From contig PKRG02000006.1 of assembly GCA_017577575.2 (NCBI GenBank), positions 1,243 to 65,242 of the forward strand: 64,000 nt of DNA, in the 5' to 3' direction. Source of the DNA: Acidimicrobiia bacterium (lineage in GTDB: Bacteria; Actinomycetota; Acidimicrobiia; Spongiisociales; ZC4RG35). Position numbers and translations under genes: made by a program. This document shows positions 28,707 through 37,489 of the stretch, piece after piece (position 1 is the first letter of the stretch; every line of letters starts with the position of its first letter). Under the pieces are notes generated by a model. The model was not told the origin of the DNA and ran no database searches. It saw only the letters and a list, made by a program, of their open reading frames with translations.

Positions 28707-28794
28707 AGTGGGTCTCGCGACCTCGATGTGGGGCGAAAGGTTGACAAAGTGGGGAGATGTGGGGCATAGTGGCGCGCAACCACCCCGAGTGGGG
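28707..28794 (+). promoter_or_regulatory. dcw (Pmra) promoter region with phased GTGGG(G) MraZ-box-like repeats
   Basis: GTGGGT at 28707, GTGGGG at 28728, 28749, 28759 and 28789, and GTGGC at 28769. Offsets are 21, 21, 10, 10 and 20 nt. TTGACA at 28741-28746 and CATAGT at 28765-28770 are separated by an 18-nt spacer. The three central boxes overlap this promoter. Confidence 0.6.
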
Positions 28795-28829
28795 CGGAAG
28801 GACGAGCAACTGACCATGCGAGCGAGCGA

Positions 28830-29264
28830 GTGTTCCTTGGTGACTACATCCACACGCTGGACGAGAAAGGCCGGGTCGTGATGCCGGCCCCGTTCCGCGC
28901 CGTCATCAAGGAGGAGGGCGGCAACGTGGTCGTCACCAAGGGGCCCGACGGGAACCTCGTCGTGTTCACCGAGGAGAAGTTCCGTGAGGTGGCCCAAGAG
29001 GAGATGGCCCGTCCCCGGGTCCGGGAGACCCGCCGGGACATCCGCGCCAAGTTCGCCGCCGCCGACCTCCAAAAGATGGACTCCCAGGGGCGGATCGCCA
29101 TCAAGCCCCGCCTGCGGGAGTACGCCGGCATCCAGAGCGCCTCGGAGGTCGCCGTGGTCGGAGTGTTCGACCGGATCGAGATCTGGGATGTGGCCGCCTT
29201 CGAGCAGGAGCAGGCCGCAGCCGACGCCCTGTACCGCGAGAGCGAGGAGACACCCGGCTTCTAG
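28830..29264 (+). CDS. mraZ: Transcriptional regulator MraZ
   Basis: MFLGDYIHTLDEKGRVVMPAPFR plus a second DxxGR repeat (KMDSQGRIAIKPRLR). 144 aa. GTG start. Confidence 0.95.
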   Translation: MFLGDYIHTLDEKGRVVMPAPFRAVIKEEGGNVVVTKGPDGNLVVFTEEKFREVAQEEMARPRVRETRRDIRAKFAAADLQKMDSQGRIAIKPRLREYAGIQSASEVAVVGVFDRIEIWDVAAFEQEQAAADALYRESEETPGF

Positions 29265-29289
29265 AGACCCCGACGTGACAACGGCTGGC

Positions 29290-29375
29290 TCATGGTCAGC
29301 CCCCCGGTTACCAAAGGAAGGCCCCTGACTCCGCCCGCTTCCTATTGGTGCCAGCGCCCGGGGGGCTGACCATGA
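29290..29375 (+). promoter_or_regulatory. Structured leader of rsmH (candidate mraW-type RNA element)
   Basis: Perfect 18-bp inverted repeat, 29290-29307 (TCATGGTCAGCCCCCCGG) with 29358-29375 (CCGGGGGGCTGACCATGA). It encloses a 10-bp helix with one bulge, 29311-29320 with 29338-29348. The 3' arm contains the G6 SD-like run and the rsmH ATG at 29372. Confidence 0.6.
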
Positions 29376-30331
29376 CCCAGGGACCGAGCACCGATCGGGG
29401 AGAGCGCAGCTACCACGAGCCGGTCCTCGCTTCCGAGGTCGCGGAGGTGTTCAAGCCCCTCCCCGTCGGCGTGGTGGTCGACGCCACGTTCGGCGGTGGG
29501 GGGCACACGAGGAGATTGATGGACGAGATGCGAGAAGGAACACGATTCATAGGCATCGACCGTGATCCCGACGCGCTCGCCCATTCCGACCTGGCCGGCC
29601 ATCCCGACGTGACCGTCCTCCAGGGCAATTTCGCCGACCTCGGCCGCCTGCTCGACGAGGCCGGGGTACCCGCACCCGTCGGCGTGCTCTTCGACCTCGG
29701 GGTCTCCTCCCACCAGCTCGACGAAGCGGGCCGGGGCTTCTCGTATCACCGCGAAGGCCCGATCGACATGCGGATGGGCCCCGACGCCGAGCTGTCGGCC
29801 GCCGAGATCGTCAACCGTTGGGACCGTGGCGAGCTGGCGGCCGTGATCCGCCGCTACGGCGAGGAGCGCTACGCCAACCGCATCGCCGACGCCATCGTCG
29901 CCAACCGTCCGATCGAGACCACCACCCAGCTCGCCGAGGTGGTGGCCCAGGCGGTTCCGGCCGCCGCCCGCCGCAAGGGACATCCCGCCCGCCGCACCTT
30001 CCAGGCGCTGCGGATCGCGGTCAACCAGGAGCTCGAGGCGCTCCGCAGCGGGCTCGACCAGGCGATCGAGGTGCTCGCCCCCGGCGGACGGTGCGCGGTC
30101 ATCTCGTACCACTCGCTCGAGGACCGTATCGTCAAGCGGCGGTTCGCCCTCGGGGCGGGTGGCTGCGTGTGCCCGCCCGACCTGCCGGTGTGCGTGTGCG
30201 GGGAGGCAGCCGAGCTGCGCATCCTCACCCGCCGCCCCATCGAGCCGTCCCCCGAAGAGATCGAGCGGAACCCCCGGGCGCGGTCGGCCCGGCTCCGTGC
30301 CGCCGAGAAGCTCGAGAGGAGGGCCTCGTGA
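29372..30331 (+). CDS. rsmH: 16S rRNA (cytosine1402-N4)-methyltransferase
   Basis: HEPVLASEV, VVDATFGGGGHT, DLGVSSHQLD, and SYHSLEDRIVK. ATG at 29372 is preferred to the track TTG at 29345. Confidence 0.9.
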   Translation: MTQGPSTDRGERSYHEPVLASEVAEVFKPLPVGVVVDATFGGGGHTRRLMDEMREGTRFIGIDRDPDALAHSDLAGHPDVTVLQGNFADLGRLLDEAGVPAPVGVLFDLGVSSHQLDEAGRGFSYHREGPIDMRMGPDAELSAAEIVNRWDRGELAAVIRRYGEERYANRIADAIVANRPIETTTQLAEVVAQAVPAAARRKGHPARRTFQALRIAVNQELEALRSGLDQAIEVLAPGGRCAVISYHSLEDRIVKRRFALGAGGCVCPPDLPVCVCGEAAELRILTRRPIEPSPEEIERNPRARSARLRAAEKLERRAS

Positions 30332-30738
30332 CCGCACGCCCACTCCGTTCCCCGGCTCGCACCCCCGGCCTGCGGGTCATCGTCGGAAAGCGCGCCAAGC
30401 GCCCGTCGATGGCGCCTTGGCTGGCGGTGTCGCTCGTGACCATCGCCGCCTTCCTGGCGCTGGTCCTGGCGCGGACCGCCCTCGACCGAGCCGCCTTCGA
30501 GCTCGCCGAGCTGAACGCCGCCATCGCCGAGGAGAAGTCCATCAACCAGAAGCTCCGGGTGGAGATCGCCGAGCTCGAGAGCCCGGCGCGCATCGCGCCG
30601 CTGGCCGAGGAGATGGGGCTGGTGATCCCCAAGGAGCGGGAGCAGTTGCTGGTGGAGGGAGTCGGCCGCGACGACGGCATCATCGACCCGGACTACGCCG
30701 CCACCGTCGCCGCCGACACGCCGGGGCCGTCTTCATGA
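30328..30738 (+). CDS. ftsL: Cell division protein FtsL-like (single TM plus coiled coil)
   Basis: GTGA overlap with the rsmH stop. TM span WLAVSLVTIAAFLALVLA is followed by the coiled coil ELAELNAAIAEEKSINQKLRVEIAELES. Position is between rsmH and ftsI. Confidence 0.6.
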   Translation: MTARPLRSPARTPGLRVIVGKRAKRPSMAPWLAVSLVTIAAFLALVLARTALDRAAFELAELNAAIAEEKSINQKLRVEIAELESPARIAPLAEEMGLVIPKEREQLLVEGVGRDDGIIDPDYAATVAADTPGPSS

Positions 30739-30759
30739 CACCCGCCGGGAGGTGACCCG

Positions 30760-32502
30760 GTGGCGCCCCGTCGTGCTGGCAGACGGTTCGCACCCGGCAG
30801 GTTGAGACTGGCGGCCCTCGGCCTGTTCCTGGTCCTGGCCTGGCTGGGAATGGCCTACCGCCTCGTGCAGGTCCAGGTCGTCCAGGCAGCCGAGCTGCGC
30901 GAGCGCGGCCTCGACCAGCGGCTCGTCGAGAGGGAGCTGGCCCCCGACCGCGGCCGGATCTACGACCGCAACGGGGACCTGCTGGCGATGACCGTCGAAG
31001 CCGAGACGATCTATGCCGTCCCCGACCTCGTCACCGAGCCCCTCTACATCGCCCAGCAGGTGGGGGGCATGCTGGGGGTCGACCAGGAGAAGCTGCTCGC
31101 CGCGCTCGAGTCCGACTCGGACTTCGTCTACATCAAGCGCCAGGTCGACCATGAGACCGCCGAGAAGGTGCGCCAACTCGGCCTCGACGGCGTGTTCTTC
31201 GAGTCGGAGATGACCCGCAGCTATCCCGCCGACGCCGTCGCCGCCCACGTCGTCGGGTTCGTCGACATCGACGGAAACGGCCTCGAGGGCCTCGAGCTGT
31301 ACTACGACGAGCTGCTGCGGGGGACCCCGGGCCGCCAGATCTTCGAGAAGTCGCCGTCGGGCACCCCGATCCCGCAGGGCCGGCGGGAGGAGATCCCCGC
31401 CGTCCCCGGAGCCGATCTGGTCACCACCATCGACCTGCCCCTCCAGTACGCCACCCAGGACGCCTGCGTCGCCGCCCTGGAGAGGACCGGTGCCAAGGGC
31501 TGCTGGGCGGTGGTGCTCGAAGCGGAGACCGGCAACGTGCTGGCCATGGCCGGGGCGCCGGTGTTCGACCCCGTGAAGCGGACCACCACCGACGGCTCCC
31601 CGTTCTCCAACGCCGTGGTCCGGGAGCCCTACGAGCCTGGCTCGATCCAAAAGACCGTCACCGTGGCGGCGGCGATCGAAGAGGGGATAGTCGACGTGGG
31701 GACCGTGTTCGGGGCCGTCGCCGACCGCATCGAGCTGCATCCCGGCGCTTGCGAGTCGGACACCGACGACATCTACGGCTGCTACCAGGACTTCGACGAG
31801 CACGAGACCCGGGACATGACCGTGCGGGACATCTTCACCGTGTCGTCGAACGTCGGAATCATCCGCATCGCCCAGAAGATGCCCCCCGAGCTGCTCAAGA
31901 GCTACATCGAGCGGTTCGGCCTCACCGCGCCCACCGGGATCGACTACACGGGAGAGTCGGGCGGATTGCTCAACATGCCGGCGGGATGCTCCACCTGCCC
32001 GCTGTCGGCGGCGATCGGCTACTCGCTGGCGGTGTCGCCGCTGCAGATGGCCGCCGCCTACGGCGCCATCGCCAACGACGGGGTGTGGATCCAGCCCCGG
32101 CTCGTGTCGTCGATCATCGACGTCGACGGCAACGAGACCGAGAACGAGCCGGAGACGCGGGAGGTCGTCTCCCCGGAGACCGCCAGGATCATGCGCGAGC
32201 TGCTGGCGGGCGTGGTCGAATCGGGGACGGGCGGCAACGCCAGCGTGCCCGGCTACCGCGTCGGCGGAAAGACCGGCACCGCCGACAAACTGGACGAGAA
32301 CGGCAACTACACCGACGTGACCCGGGCCAGCTTCGTCGGCCTGGCGCCCATCGACGACCCCCGGCTCGTAGTGGCCGTCATGGTCGACGAGCCCGCATGG
32401 GAGTACCGCACCGGCGGGCAGGCAGCGGCGCCGGTGTTCGCCGAGATCATGCAACAGGCCCTCCACCGTCTCGGAGTGACCCCCGATGGCCTCGAGGAAT
32501 AG
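30760..32502 (+). CDS. ftsI: Penicillin-binding protein (class B transpeptidase, FtsI/PBP3-like)
   Basis: N-terminal TM span, SIQK (SxxK), SSN and KTGT motifs in the correct order. dcw position. Confidence 0.9.
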   Translation: MAPRRAGRRFAPGRLRLAALGLFLVLAWLGMAYRLVQVQVVQAAELRERGLDQRLVERELAPDRGRIYDRNGDLLAMTVEAETIYAVPDLVTEPLYIAQQVGGMLGVDQEKLLAALESDSDFVYIKRQVDHETAEKVRQLGLDGVFFESEMTRSYPADAVAAHVVGFVDIDGNGLEGLELYYDELLRGTPGRQIFEKSPSGTPIPQGRREEIPAVPGADLVTTIDLPLQYATQDACVAALERTGAKGCWAVVLEAETGNVLAMAGAPVFDPVKRTTTDGSPFSNAVVREPYEPGSIQKTVTVAAAIEEGIVDVGTVFGAVADRIELHPGACESDTDDIYGCYQDFDEHETRDMTVRDIFTVSSNVGIIRIAQKMPPELLKSYIERFGLTAPTGIDYTGESGGLLNMPAGCSTCPLSAAIGYSLAVSPLQMAAAYGAIANDGVWIQPRLVSSIIDVDGNETENEPETREVVSPETARIMRELLAGVVESGTGGNASVPGYRVGGKTGTADKLDENGNYTDVTRASFVGLAPIDDPRLVVAVMVDEPAWEYRTGGQAAAPVFAEIMQQALHRLGVTPDGLEE

Positions 32503-33973
32503 CTCCGTCGCCGAGCTCGCCGAAGTGGTGGGTGGCCGCATCCTCGGCGACCCCTCCGTGACGGTGCGCGACGTGACCCACGACAGCCGTCAGGCCGGGC
32601 CGGGGACGATGTTCGCCGCCGTGGTGGGAAGCCGTGTCGACGGCCACGACTTCGTGGAGGCGGCGGTGGCGGCAGGCAGCCCCGCCGTCCTCGTCCAGCG
32701 GGAGTGCCCCACGGGCGCCACTCAGCTCCTCGTCGACGACGTGCGCCGGGCGATGGGTCCGGTGGCGGCCCAGATCCACGGCCACCCCAGCCGCCGCCTC
32801 GCCCTGGTGGGGGTGACCGGAACGAACGGGAAGACGACCGTCACCCACATGGTCGAGTCGATCGGCAACGCCGACGGCAAGAAGGTGGGGCTCATCGGGA
32901 CCGTCCACACCCGGATCGGCTCCACCAGCATCCCCAACACCCGCACCACGCCCGAAGCTACCGATTTCCAGCGGCTCCTCGCCACCATGGTGCGGATGGG
33001 AGCCGAGATCGTCTCCACGGAAGTGTCCTCTCACGCCCTCGCCATGCACCGGGTCGACGCGGCGCGTTTCGCCGTCGCCGCCTTCACCAACCTGTCCCAG
33101 GACCACCTCGACTTCCACGGCGACATGGAGAGCTACTTCCTCGCCAAGGCCCGGCTCTTCGAGCCCGACCTGTCCGAGCGAGCGGTGATCTGGATCGACG
33201 ACCCGGCCGGCCGGCGCCTCGCCGCCATGACCCGCATCCCGTATCTGACGGTCGGCACCGACGCCGACGTCACCGCCCGCGAGCGGCGCGTCGGGGTGGA
33301 AGGTTCCCGGTTCGTCCTCGTCACCCCCGAAGGGGAAGTGGACGTCGCCCTGCCCCTCGGCGGCGACTTCAACATCGACAACGCCCTCGTCGCCGCCGGC
33401 TGTGCCCTGTCCCTCTCCATCCCCCTCGAGTCGATCGCCTCCGGCCTCAGGGACTTCCGGGGGGTGCCGGGCCGATTCGAGGTCATCTCCGCCGACGCCC
33501 CGGTGACGGTGCTCGTCGACTACGCCCACACGCCGGCGAGCATCGCCAACGCCATCGCCTCGGTGCGGCGCACCGGCCGGGGGGAGTGGGTGTCGGATGG
33601 CGGCCACCGCCGCCTGATCGTCGTGTTCGGAGCGGGTGGCGACCGCGACCGGGCCAAGCGGCCGCAGATGGGCCGGGAGGCGATGGCCGCCGACGAGGTG
33701 ATCGTGACCTCCGACAACCCGCGCAGCGAGCCGCCCGAGGCGATCATCGACGAGGTGGTCGCCGGGATCGACGACACGTCGCGGGTGCGCCGCATCGTCG
33801 ACCGGCGAGAGGCCATCACCGCGGCCATCGCCATGGCCCGCGACGGCGACGTCGTCCTCATCCTCGGCCGGGGCCACGAGCGGGGCCAGGAGGTGCAGGG
33901 CCGCATCCTGCCCTTCGACGACCGGCTGGTGGCCCGGGAGGCCCTCATCGAACAGGGGAGGCTCGAAGGGTGA
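32486..33973 (+). CDS. murE: UDP-N-acetylmuramoyl-L-alanyl-D-glutamate--2,6-diaminopimelate ligase
   Basis: GVTGTNGKTT P-loop, and DNPR (the meso-DAP specificity motif) in TSDNPRSE. 495 aa. Overlaps ftsI by 17 nt. Confidence 0.9.
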   Translation: MASRNSSVAELAEVVGGRILGDPSVTVRDVTHDSRQAGPGTMFAAVVGSRVDGHDFVEAAVAAGSPAVLVQRECPTGATQLLVDDVRRAMGPVAAQIHGHPSRRLALVGVTGTNGKTTVTHMVESIGNADGKKVGLIGTVHTRIGSTSIPNTRTTPEATDFQRLLATMVRMGAEIVSTEVSSHALAMHRVDAARFAVAAFTNLSQDHLDFHGDMESYFLAKARLFEPDLSERAVIWIDDPAGRRLAAMTRIPYLTVGTDADVTARERRVGVEGSRFVLVTPEGEVDVALPLGGDFNIDNALVAAGCALSLSIPLESIASGLRDFRGVPGRFEVISADAPVTVLVDYAHTPASIANAIASVRRTGRGEWVSDGGHRRLIVVFGAGGDRDRAKRPQMGREAMAADEVIVTSDNPRSEPPEAIIDEVVAGIDDTSRVRRIVDRREAITAAIAMARDGDVVLILGRGHERGQEVQGRILPFDDRLVAREALIEQGRLEG

Positions 33974-35034
33974 TCTCCCTCCTCGTCGCCGCCGCGGTGT
34001 CGCTCGTCGTGTCGATCTTCGGCACGCCGTACGCCATCCGCCTCTTGCGCCGGCGCCAGATCGGCCAGTTCATCCAGGACGACATCCAGCGCCAGCACGC
34101 CCACAAGCAGGGGACCCCCACGATGGGCGGCGTCGTGTTCGTCCTCGCCTGCCTCATCGGCTACTTCGTCGCCCACGTCCGGGTCTGGACCCCCTCCGGC
34201 GGGTTCCGGCTCCAGTTGATCCCGTTCGGAGCCGGAGGGCTCCTGGCGGTGATGGCTCTGGTCGGGATGGCGATCGTCGGGTTCGTCGACGACTACATCA
34301 AGTTCACGAACCGCCGGTCCCTCGGCCTCAGCAAGGGCGCCAAGTTCGGCGCCCAGCTCGGGATCGCCATCCTCTTCGCCATCGGCGCCGCCAACGCCGA
34401 CGTGGTGACCGAGGTGTCCTTCGTCCGCCCGTTGGGCATCGACCTCGGCGCCTTCTTCTTCATCTGGGTGCTGATCATGCTGACCGGCGCCGCCAACGGC
34501 GTGAACCTCGCCGACGGGATGGACGGGCTCGCCAGCGGCTCGGGAGCGCTCGTCGTCGGGGCGTACACGATCATCGCCTTCTGGCAGTTCCGCAACGCCG
34601 CCCCGAACGGCATCTACGAGGCCGTCGACCCCCTCGAGCTGGCCACGCTGTCGGCGGCGATGTTCGCCGCCCTGCTCGGGTTCCTGTGGTGGAACGCGCC
34701 GCCGGCGAAGATCTTCATGGGCGACGTCGGCTCCCAGGCCATCGGCGGGCTCCTCGCCGCCCTGGCCCTCCTCACCAACACCCACCTGCTCCTGGTGATC
34801 GTCGGCGGGATCTTCGTGGCCGAGACGCTGTCGGTGATGCTCCAGGTGGCCAGCTTCCGGCTCACGGGCAAGCGCATCTTCCGCATGGCGCCGATCCATT
34901 TCCACTTCGACCTGAAGGGCTGGCCGGAGACCACCGTCGTGATCCGCTTCTGGATCCTGACCGCCCTGGGTGTCGCCCTCGGCCTGGGGCTGTTCTACGG
35001 GGACTTCCTCGCCGTCGAAGGGATCCTGCAATGA
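33970..35034 (+). CDS. mraY: Phospho-N-acetylmuramoyl-pentapeptide transferase
   Basis: GTGA overlap with the murE stop. Motifs KQGTPTMGG, VGFVDDYIK, NGVNLADGMDGLA, and PIHFHF. Confidence 0.9.
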   Translation: MISLLVAAAVSLVVSIFGTPYAIRLLRRRQIGQFIQDDIQRQHAHKQGTPTMGGVVFVLACLIGYFVAHVRVWTPSGGFRLQLIPFGAGGLLAVMALVGMAIVGFVDDYIKFTNRRSLGLSKGAKFGAQLGIAILFAIGAANADVVTEVSFVRPLGIDLGAFFFIWVLIMLTGAANGVNLADGMDGLASGSGALVVGAYTIIAFWQFRNAAPNGIYEAVDPLELATLSAAMFAALLGFLWWNAPPAKIFMGDVGSQAIGGLLAALALLTNTHLLLVIVGGIFVAETLSVMLQVASFRLTGKRIFRMAPIHFHFDLKGWPETTVVIRFWILTALGVALGLGLFYGDFLAVEGILQ

Positions 35035-36335
35035 GGCTGCTCGTGCTCGGTGCCGGTGTCTCCGGGATGGCCGTGTGCCGGCTGGCTCGCGCCCAGGGGC
35101 ATTCGGTCACCATCTACGACGAGTCGCCGGTCGAGCCGGGGAGGATCATCGGCATGGGAGCCGGCGTCGTCACCGGTGCCTGGGACGCCGGGCTGTTGGA
35201 CGGGGTCGACCTCGTGGTCGCCAGCCCCGGCTTCCCCGAGAGGTCCCTTCCCATCGTCGAGACGCTGGAGTCGGGCGTTCCCGTGTGGAGCGAGATCGAG
35301 TACAGCTGGAGGGCGCTGGGTGGCCGGCCGGTGGTGGCGGTGACCGGGACCAACGGGAAGACCACCGTCACCGCGCTGTGCGCCCGCATGCTGGAGGAGT
35401 CGGGGATCAGGGCCGTGGCCGTCGGAAACATCGGCACGCCGCTGGCCGACGCAGCCGACGGCGACTGGGAGGTGGCCGTCGTCGAGGTGTCGAGCTTCCA
35501 GCTCCGCTTCGTCGACCGCTTCCATCCCGTGGCCGCCGCCCTCCTCAACGTGGCAGAGGACCACCTCGACTGGCACGGCACCCCGCAGGCCTACGCCGCC
35601 GCCAAGGCGCGCATCTTCGAGCGCCAGGGAGAAGACGACCTCCTCGTCTACGACGCCGACGACGAAGGGGCGTCGGATCTGGTCCGCTCCGCCCGCTCGG
35701 TGCTCCACCCGGTGTCCGCCTCCCATCTCCCCGAAGGCGGGTCCGGGGTGGAAGGCGGGCGCCTGCACCTGCCGGGATTCTCGGTGCCGCTGGAAGACCT
35801 CGGCTCCGCCGACCCCGCCCACATCGTCGACATGGCCGCCGCCGCCGTCCTCGCTCTCGACCGCGGTGCGGTCCCCGAAGGGGTGGAGTCGGTCCTCCGT
35901 TCCTTCCGTCCCGGCTCTCACCGCCGCCAGGTCGTCGCCACCATCGGCGGGGTCGACTACGTCGACGACTCGAAGGCCACCAACCCCCACGCCGCCCTGG
36001 CCGCCATCGCCGCCTACCCGTCGGTGGTGCTGATCGCCGGCGGCCTGGCCAAGGGGCTCGACCTGCGGCCCCTCGCCCGCGCCGCCAACGTCAAGGCCGT
36101 AGTCGGCATCGGCACCGCCGGGCCCGACCTCGTCGCCGAAGCCGGGGAGCGCGGCCACCTGGCAGGGACACTCGACGAAGCGGTCCGAGTCGCCTCCCGG
36201 CTCGCCGAACCGGGCGACACCGTGCTGCTCGCCCCGGGTGCCGCCAGCTTCGACCAGTTCCAGTCCTACGCGGCGCGAGGCGAGGCATTCGCCGAAGCCG
36301 TCGCCCGCCTCGACAAGGAGGAGCTCCGCTCATGA
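35031..36335 (+). CDS. murD: UDP-N-acetylmuramoylalanine--D-glutamate ligase
   Basis: ATGA overlap with mraY. N-terminal Rossmann LVLGAGVSG, VTGTNGKTT, and EVSSFQL. Confidence 0.9.
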   Translation: MRLLVLGAGVSGMAVCRLARAQGHSVTIYDESPVEPGRIIGMGAGVVTGAWDAGLLDGVDLVVASPGFPERSLPIVETLESGVPVWSEIEYSWRALGGRPVVAVTGTNGKTTVTALCARMLEESGIRAVAVGNIGTPLADAADGDWEVAVVEVSSFQLRFVDRFHPVAAALLNVAEDHLDWHGTPQAYAAAKARIFERQGEDDLLVYDADDEGASDLVRSARSVLHPVSASHLPEGGSGVEGGRLHLPGFSVPLEDLGSADPAHIVDMAAAAVLALDRGAVPEGVESVLRSFRPGSHRRQVVATIGGVDYVDDSKATNPHAALAAIAAYPSVVLIAGGLAKGLDLRPLARAANVKAVVGIGTAGPDLVAEAGERGHLAGTLDEAVRVASRLAEPGDTVLLAPGAASFDQFQSYAARGEAFAEAVARLDKEELRS

Positions 36336-37489
36336 CGAGCAACGTCACCTCGATCGCCCGGATCCGGACCGCGGCCCGGGCACGTGCCGAGCGAGCGAAA
36401 TCCAACAACCGCACCACCACCGTGCTGCTGCTCGTGGCGATGGTGCTGGTCGTCATCGGCCTCGGTGAGACGATGTCGGCGTCATCGACCGTCGGCATCA
36501 ACCAGGCCGCCGACCGCTTCTACTTCTTCAAGCGCCAGCTGCTGGGGGTCGGTCTCGGGCTGGTCGCCCTGGTGGTGGCCAGCCGGGTCCCGTACACGTT
36601 CTACCGGCGGATCGCCCTCCCGCTGTTCGGGGCCACGGTCGCCGGGCTGATCGCCGTGCTGGTGATGGGCCTCGAAGAGGGCGGCGCCCGCCGGTGGCTG
36701 GTGCTCGGGCCCGTCAACTTCCAGCCGTCGGAGCTGGCCAAGTTCGCGGTGATCGTCCTCCTGGCGGCGCTCCTCGAGCGCAAGGCCCGCAACCTCCAGA
36801 CCTGGGGGCATCTGCTGGCGCCCGTGACCTTTGTGGCCGGGACGGTGGCCGTGCTCATCATGAAACAGCCCGACCTCGGCACCACCGTGCTCATCGGGCT
36901 GGTGGTGATGGCGGTGCTGTGGGTGAGCCCCGCTCCCGGGCACCGGGTGATCCTCCTGGGCGTCGCCGGCGCCATCGCCGCCGTCGCCCTCGCCCTCGTC
37001 GCCGACTACCGGATGGACCGCATCACCGGCTTCCTCGACCCGTGGTCGAACGCGTCCGCCGAGGGATACCAGCTCATCCAGGGCTACTACGCCCTCGGCG
37101 ACGGGGGCATCTTCGGGGTCGGCCTCGGCGCCAGCCGCGCCCGGTGGTTCTACCTCCCCAACGCCCACACCGACTTCATCTTCGCCATCATCGGCGAGGA
37201 GACGGGACTGATCGGCGCCATGACCGTGATCGGCCTGTTCATCGCCCTCGCCGTCGCCGGGTGGGCGGTCGCCTCCCGGGCGCCCGACCTCTTCGGCAAG
37301 ATGCTGGCCACCGGAATCACCGCCTGGATCTCCTTCCAGGCGCTCATCAACATCGGTGGGGTCCTCGGCGTGCTCCCCATCACCGGCATCGCCTTGCCGT
37401 TCGTCAGCTTCGGCAGCACCGCGCTGGTGACGTCCATGGCGGCGCTGGGCGTGCTCGTCAACGTCAGCCAGCAAGGCGGGAAAGGGTGA
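36332..37489 (+). CDS. ftsW: SEDS-family peptidoglycan glycosyltransferase FtsW
   Basis: ATGA overlap with murD. About 10 TM spans. Motifs FQPSELAKF, HTDFIFAIIGEE, and PITGIALPFVSFGS. Confidence 0.9.
   Translation: MTSNVTSIARIRTAARARAERAKSNNRTTTVLLLVAMVLVVIGLGETMSASSTVGINQAADRFYFFKRQLLGVGLGLVALVVASRVPYTFYRRIALPLFGATVAGLIAVLVMGLEEGGARRWLVLGPVNFQPSELAKFAVIVLLAALLERKARNLQTWGHLLAPVTFVAGTVAVLIMKQPDLGTTVLIGLVVMAVLWVSPAPGHRVILLGVAGAIAAVALALVADYRMDRITGFLDPWSNASAEGYQLIQGYYALGDGGIFGVGLGASRARWFYLPNAHTDFIFAIIGEETGLIGAMTVIGLFIALAVAGWAVASRAPDLFGKMLATGITAWISFQALINIGGVLGVLPITGIALPFVSFGSTALVTSMAALGVLVNVSQQGGKG

Noticed and set aside
29313-29321. AAAGGAAGG in the mraZ-rsmH spacer as the SD of an unannotated small ORF.
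   Set aside because: No in-frame ATG, GTG or TTG follows at 5-10 nt with an ORF of meaningful length. The sequence is better explained as one arm of the inner helix of the structured leader.
32704-35034. A 776-aa ORF that could be read as a MurF-MraY fusion explaining the missing murF.
   Set aside because: The first ~420 codons are an out-of-frame overlap of murE with Arg/Pro-rich composition and no Mur-ligase P-loop. The MraY motifs begin only after the GTG at 33970.
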